NCBI RefSeq assembly: GCF_009834535.1
Contig: NC_045728.1
Span: 7,564,001 to 7,628,000 of the forward strand
Length of the DNA: 64,000 nt
Direction of reading: 5' to 3'
Source of the DNA: Camelus ferus
Taxonomy: Eukaryota
A program made the position numbers and the translations under genes. Shown here piece after piece: positions 60,361-64,000 of this stretch (positions are counted from its first letter, which is position 1; each line of letters starts with the position of its first letter). The notes below the pieces were generated by a model. That model was not told the DNA's origin and made no database searches. It worked only from the letters and a program-made list of their open reading frames with translations.

Positions 60361-61639
60361 GTGTCACCAATTCTTAAGGGACTCCTCACTCTTCTATGTG
60401 GTCCCCAGTGTCAAAGACTCTAAACTGCTGGGATCTGGTTCAGGTAACCACAGCAGGCTGTAGTACTGGAACAGCCACTGTATCTGAGGGAGCAGACCAG
60501 GCACTGGCAGGGAGATCACCAGTCTAGAGGGTTTGAGATGTAGCTCAGTCTGTCAAGCAAACTGTGGTATCCAATTTCCATGGCACAAGCAGACAAGTAG
60601 GTCAAGGTTCAGGAAGAGTAAAACTTTTAGTAAGTAACAGATATTCAAGAAGATGCAGTAGAGCATACGTACCAAAAAACAAAAACAAAAACACATATAT
60701 GTAGAGACATGTAACTGTGTGTGTGTGTGTGTGTGTATAAAACAGAGATATATCTATACATCCTCTGGACTTGGACTTGGATCCAGGACAGGATGTAAGA
60801 CCCCAGAAAGGAGGATTGAAAAGAGTAAGTAGAACCCCAGTCCAGGAAGACCAGGTGACCCTGTTTGGGATTTGAGCTCAGACAACAAGGGTAATAAGGT
60901 CCTAATGTCAGACACAAGGAGAGAGCAACATAAAAGGAAAGGAACTGAAATTAAGGTCTAGGAAAAGCTGTTTTGAGGCTCAGCTGCTTAAATGCTTTCT
61001 TCCAAAGGGCAGCGGCGGTCCTCAAAGCTGAGACAGGGCTGGGTCTACAAAGATAGCTCCAAGAGATCCAGCAGTAGGAGAGGGCAGGAGAGTTTGGAAA
61101 TCTGCCAGAGTCAGTACCAAAAATATGATAGAACCATCACCAGGTCTGGCTTGCTCTGTTTTACTCCACTTGACTAAGTGGTAAATTCACCTTTGAAAGA
61201 ATGTACTTCTGGAAAGCTATACAATTAATAATGACTATATTTGTTACTGTATCAATTGGTTTTTATTGGAAATATATAAAAATAAGATATATTATACTGA
61301 CATGGGATTTGACAAATAGTAATTAAAATAATCTATAATATCTACTTATTAATAGATGATTATAATGAACCTGAGTTCAAAATTTATTTTAAAATATTTT
61401 TGCAGTAACTAAAATTGGAAAAAGAATAGAGCTCTGTCCTTTAGTTTTCTGACTTTTTATCACTGTCATTTTTACTATGAATTCATGGCATTTCAAACTA
61501 CTTGTGGTTCCCAAAAGTCTTCACAGTGTTTCACACCTTCATGACATTGCTCATCTTTCCACATTTGCTTGGAATGTTTGCCTCCTATTCCTTTAATAAC
61601 TTATGTTCTAATTCATATATAATTTTCTCTTTGAAGCTT

Positions 61640-63150
61640 TCTCTTCACAATTGGAGTGGGTAGGGTAAATACCCATTTCTAGCATTACATTACAATCCTG
61701 CTCAGAAGTCCAACAAATAATTTCCCTGAAAGCTGGGATCACATCTTTGCAGTTAACCACTGTATTTTGAACACCCAGCATGATTCACTGTACAGAAAAG
61801 TGTGCAATAACAATTTGTTAGATGTGTGAATAATGAATCAGCCTTCCAGTATCTCAGAGGGAGCACCGATGTGTTTTCTGGAAGAGTCCAAGAGCAAAAT
61901 AGTTGTTACATACTAACACTCTTTACCAATCTGCTTTTTAATTAACGTCTCCACGTAACCCACAGCAAACTTCTCCACCAAAACAACTCTCTCAGGTCAC
62001 CAACAAATCCCATGTTGGCACATCCAGTGGTCAATTCTCATTCATCTTCTATTCTCATATAGCCAAACCATATATTGAAGTAGTTTACTCTGTTCTTTTT
62101 TTTTTCACTACTTATTATATTTGGCTCCCAGATACATACTTTTTCTTGGATCTATCTTTCCATCTCACTTCATCATTGCTCCGACCTCTAAATGCTGGAC
62201 TGCCCTAGGGTTCAGCTTCTAAGCTTTTTATGTATGTATCCATTCCCGCCCTGCTCTCACCCGTTCTCACAGTGCTAACTCCCATCTACACGCACGCATT
62301 TATACTTCTAGCCCAGACTTTTCCCCTGAATTCTAGACTCATGTATCCAGCGTCTTTCATCTCCACCTAGATGTCTAGTGAGCATCTCAAACTGACAGCA
62401 ACCAGAGAGGAACTCCTGATTTTCCCTTCCAAGCTTCTCCTCCCACAGCCATCTTTATCTTAGTAAGTGAAAACTCAAATCTTCCAGCTGCTCAGATGAA
62501 ATATCTTGAAGTCATCTTTCTATCCTCTCCTTTTCCTCCACTCTAAATGCAGTCCATCTGCCTGCCAATCCTACGAGCTCTACCTTCAGAATACATCCAG
62601 AATGAAATCACTTTGCACTATCCCACTGTTTGCACTTATGGCAACAATATTCATGCATCTTTCTTGCTGTAACTTGACAGTTTATCATCTTCAGTGAGGT
62701 GAGAAAAATTCTTTTAAAATGTAAGTGAATCATGTCATGGTGCCTCTCTGCTCGTAATATTTTAGGGTTATCAAAACCAAAAGTTCTTATGCTGACCTGT
62801 AAGACACTACATGATCTGGCCCCTTGCTCCTTTCTGATAAAATCTTTCATCAATGTCTGTCACTGGTTAAGTAGCACTGGCCTCCTGCCTGGTTATTTAG
62901 TACCCTGAACACTTCACTGCCCCGGATTCTGCACTTGCTATTTCTTCTGCCTTTTCCCAGGTATCAGTGTGGTTAATTTCTTTACATTTAGTCAATTCAA
63001 ATTACATAAGGCCTTTCATAAATACCGTTTTGAGATTTAAAGCCCTCCACCAATGCCATATGACATCTCACTTTTCCTAACTTGACTTTCGTTAGAGCTC
63101 TTACCGCCACCTTTCATAGTATCTTTTTAACTTGCTTTTGTTTGTTTCCT
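61640..63150 (+). mobile_element. L2 fragments
   Basis: catccagtggtcaattctca..., atctccacctagatgtctagtgagcatctcaaact, ccatctgcctgccaatcctacgagctctaccttcagaatacatccagaat. Confidence 0.75.
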
Positions 63151-63169
63151 TCAACAAGTGGAATGCCAA

Positions 63170-63865
63170 AATGAACAGGATGGAAGGATTAGGAAAACTG
63201 TTATAAGTTACCTGAACTACATGTAACGTGGGATAGTGTTATTTGAAGGTGACTTAATGATTAGTTTTAAATATATATCACAAATTCTAGGGCAACAACT
63301 AAAATATATATATATATATATATACACATAAAGAAATATAATTGATATGTTAAGAGCAGAGATAAAATGAAATCACATAAAATATTTAATTAAAACAAAA
63401 GCAAAATCAGGGAAAATTTTTTAAAACAAAGGTAACAAATAGGAAACAAACATGGTAGTTATTAATCCAGTGATATCAATAATCAGATATGAATGGTTAT
63501 AAAAACACCAACTAAACTTTAAAGATGATCAAAATAGATTTTACAGAAAGACCCAAGTATATGTAATCTACAAGAAACCCAATTTAATTATAAAGACTTG
63601 AATAGGTTAAAAGTAAAGGAATGCAGAAAGCTAAATATCATGCTAACACTAATCAAAGGAAAGCTGGAGTAACTGTATTCATTCTAGACAAAGCAGATTT
63701 AAGATCACAAAATCATCAAGGATGAAGGTGACCATTACATAATGGTAAGTGTCATCAATTCTCCAAGAAGATACAGTCCTAAATGTATATGCACCTAACA
63801 AGAGAACATCAAAATATGTGAGGCAAAAACTGGTAGAACTGAAAGGAAAACCAATAGATAGGGCG
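63170..63865 (+). mobile_element. Old L1 inter-ORF / ORF2 endonuclease fragment
   Basis: Translation SSILQEDTVLNVYAPNKRTSKYVRQKLVELKG matches the L1 EN motif (TILNIYAPN); aggaaagctggagtaactgtattcattctagacaaagcagattt. Confidence 0.8.
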
Positions 63866-64000
63866 TTGCGCGGAGTTTTTGTTTTTCCTGTCAATCAGAT
63901 GCTTCAAGCAGATGGACTGTTTTTAAGGAAGCAGTGGCTGAGATGGGAAGGAAACAGCACATGACCCCCAGCATGACGGTGTTGGAACTGGGGGAAGTAG

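Noticed and set aside
1-64000. rRNA, CRISPR array, operon-like or other prokaryotic systems
   Set aside because: Mammalian genomic DNA; no such structures seen.

Overview
Mammalian olfactory receptor (OR) cluster, very probably from a camelid: it carries a Vic-1-type tRNA-derived SINE and young camelid-type L1 3' ends, and I saw no ruminant or pig SINEs. By family content (OR8B/OR8G/OR10D) it resembles the human 11q24 / mouse chr9 cluster. There are seven single-exon OR coding regions. Four have open frames: two convergent OR8B-like genes, an OR10D3 orthologue and an OR10D1-like gene. Three are disrupted: an OR10D1-like copy with one nonsense codon, an OR8G-like copy with one +1 insertion, and a decayed OR10-family pseudogene. 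The rest is mostly AT-rich L1/L2/L3/MIR/LTR/DNA-transposon debris with three N gaps. Most interesting: (1) two anciently duplicated OR10D1-like paralogues 33,685 bp apart are identical at 726 of 728 nt, from the ATG to the AFSTCSAHL motif, yet only about 77% identical in the last 205 coding nt, which looks like a recent gene conversion producing a chimeric, nonsense-bearing receptor; (2) the putative donor locus is strongly shifted from A/T to G/C relative to its paralogue, as expected from GC-biased gene conversion; (3) O/E(EBF)+homeodomain composite-like motifs recur about 2 kb upstream of three ORs and in one orphan cluster downstream of two convergent genes (candidate enhancer); (4) there are two twin-primed inverted L1 insertions, one only 84 bp long. 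All alignments and counts were done by eye, family names come from recalled sequences, and repeat boundaries are approximate. I found no evidence for a wholly new gene system.
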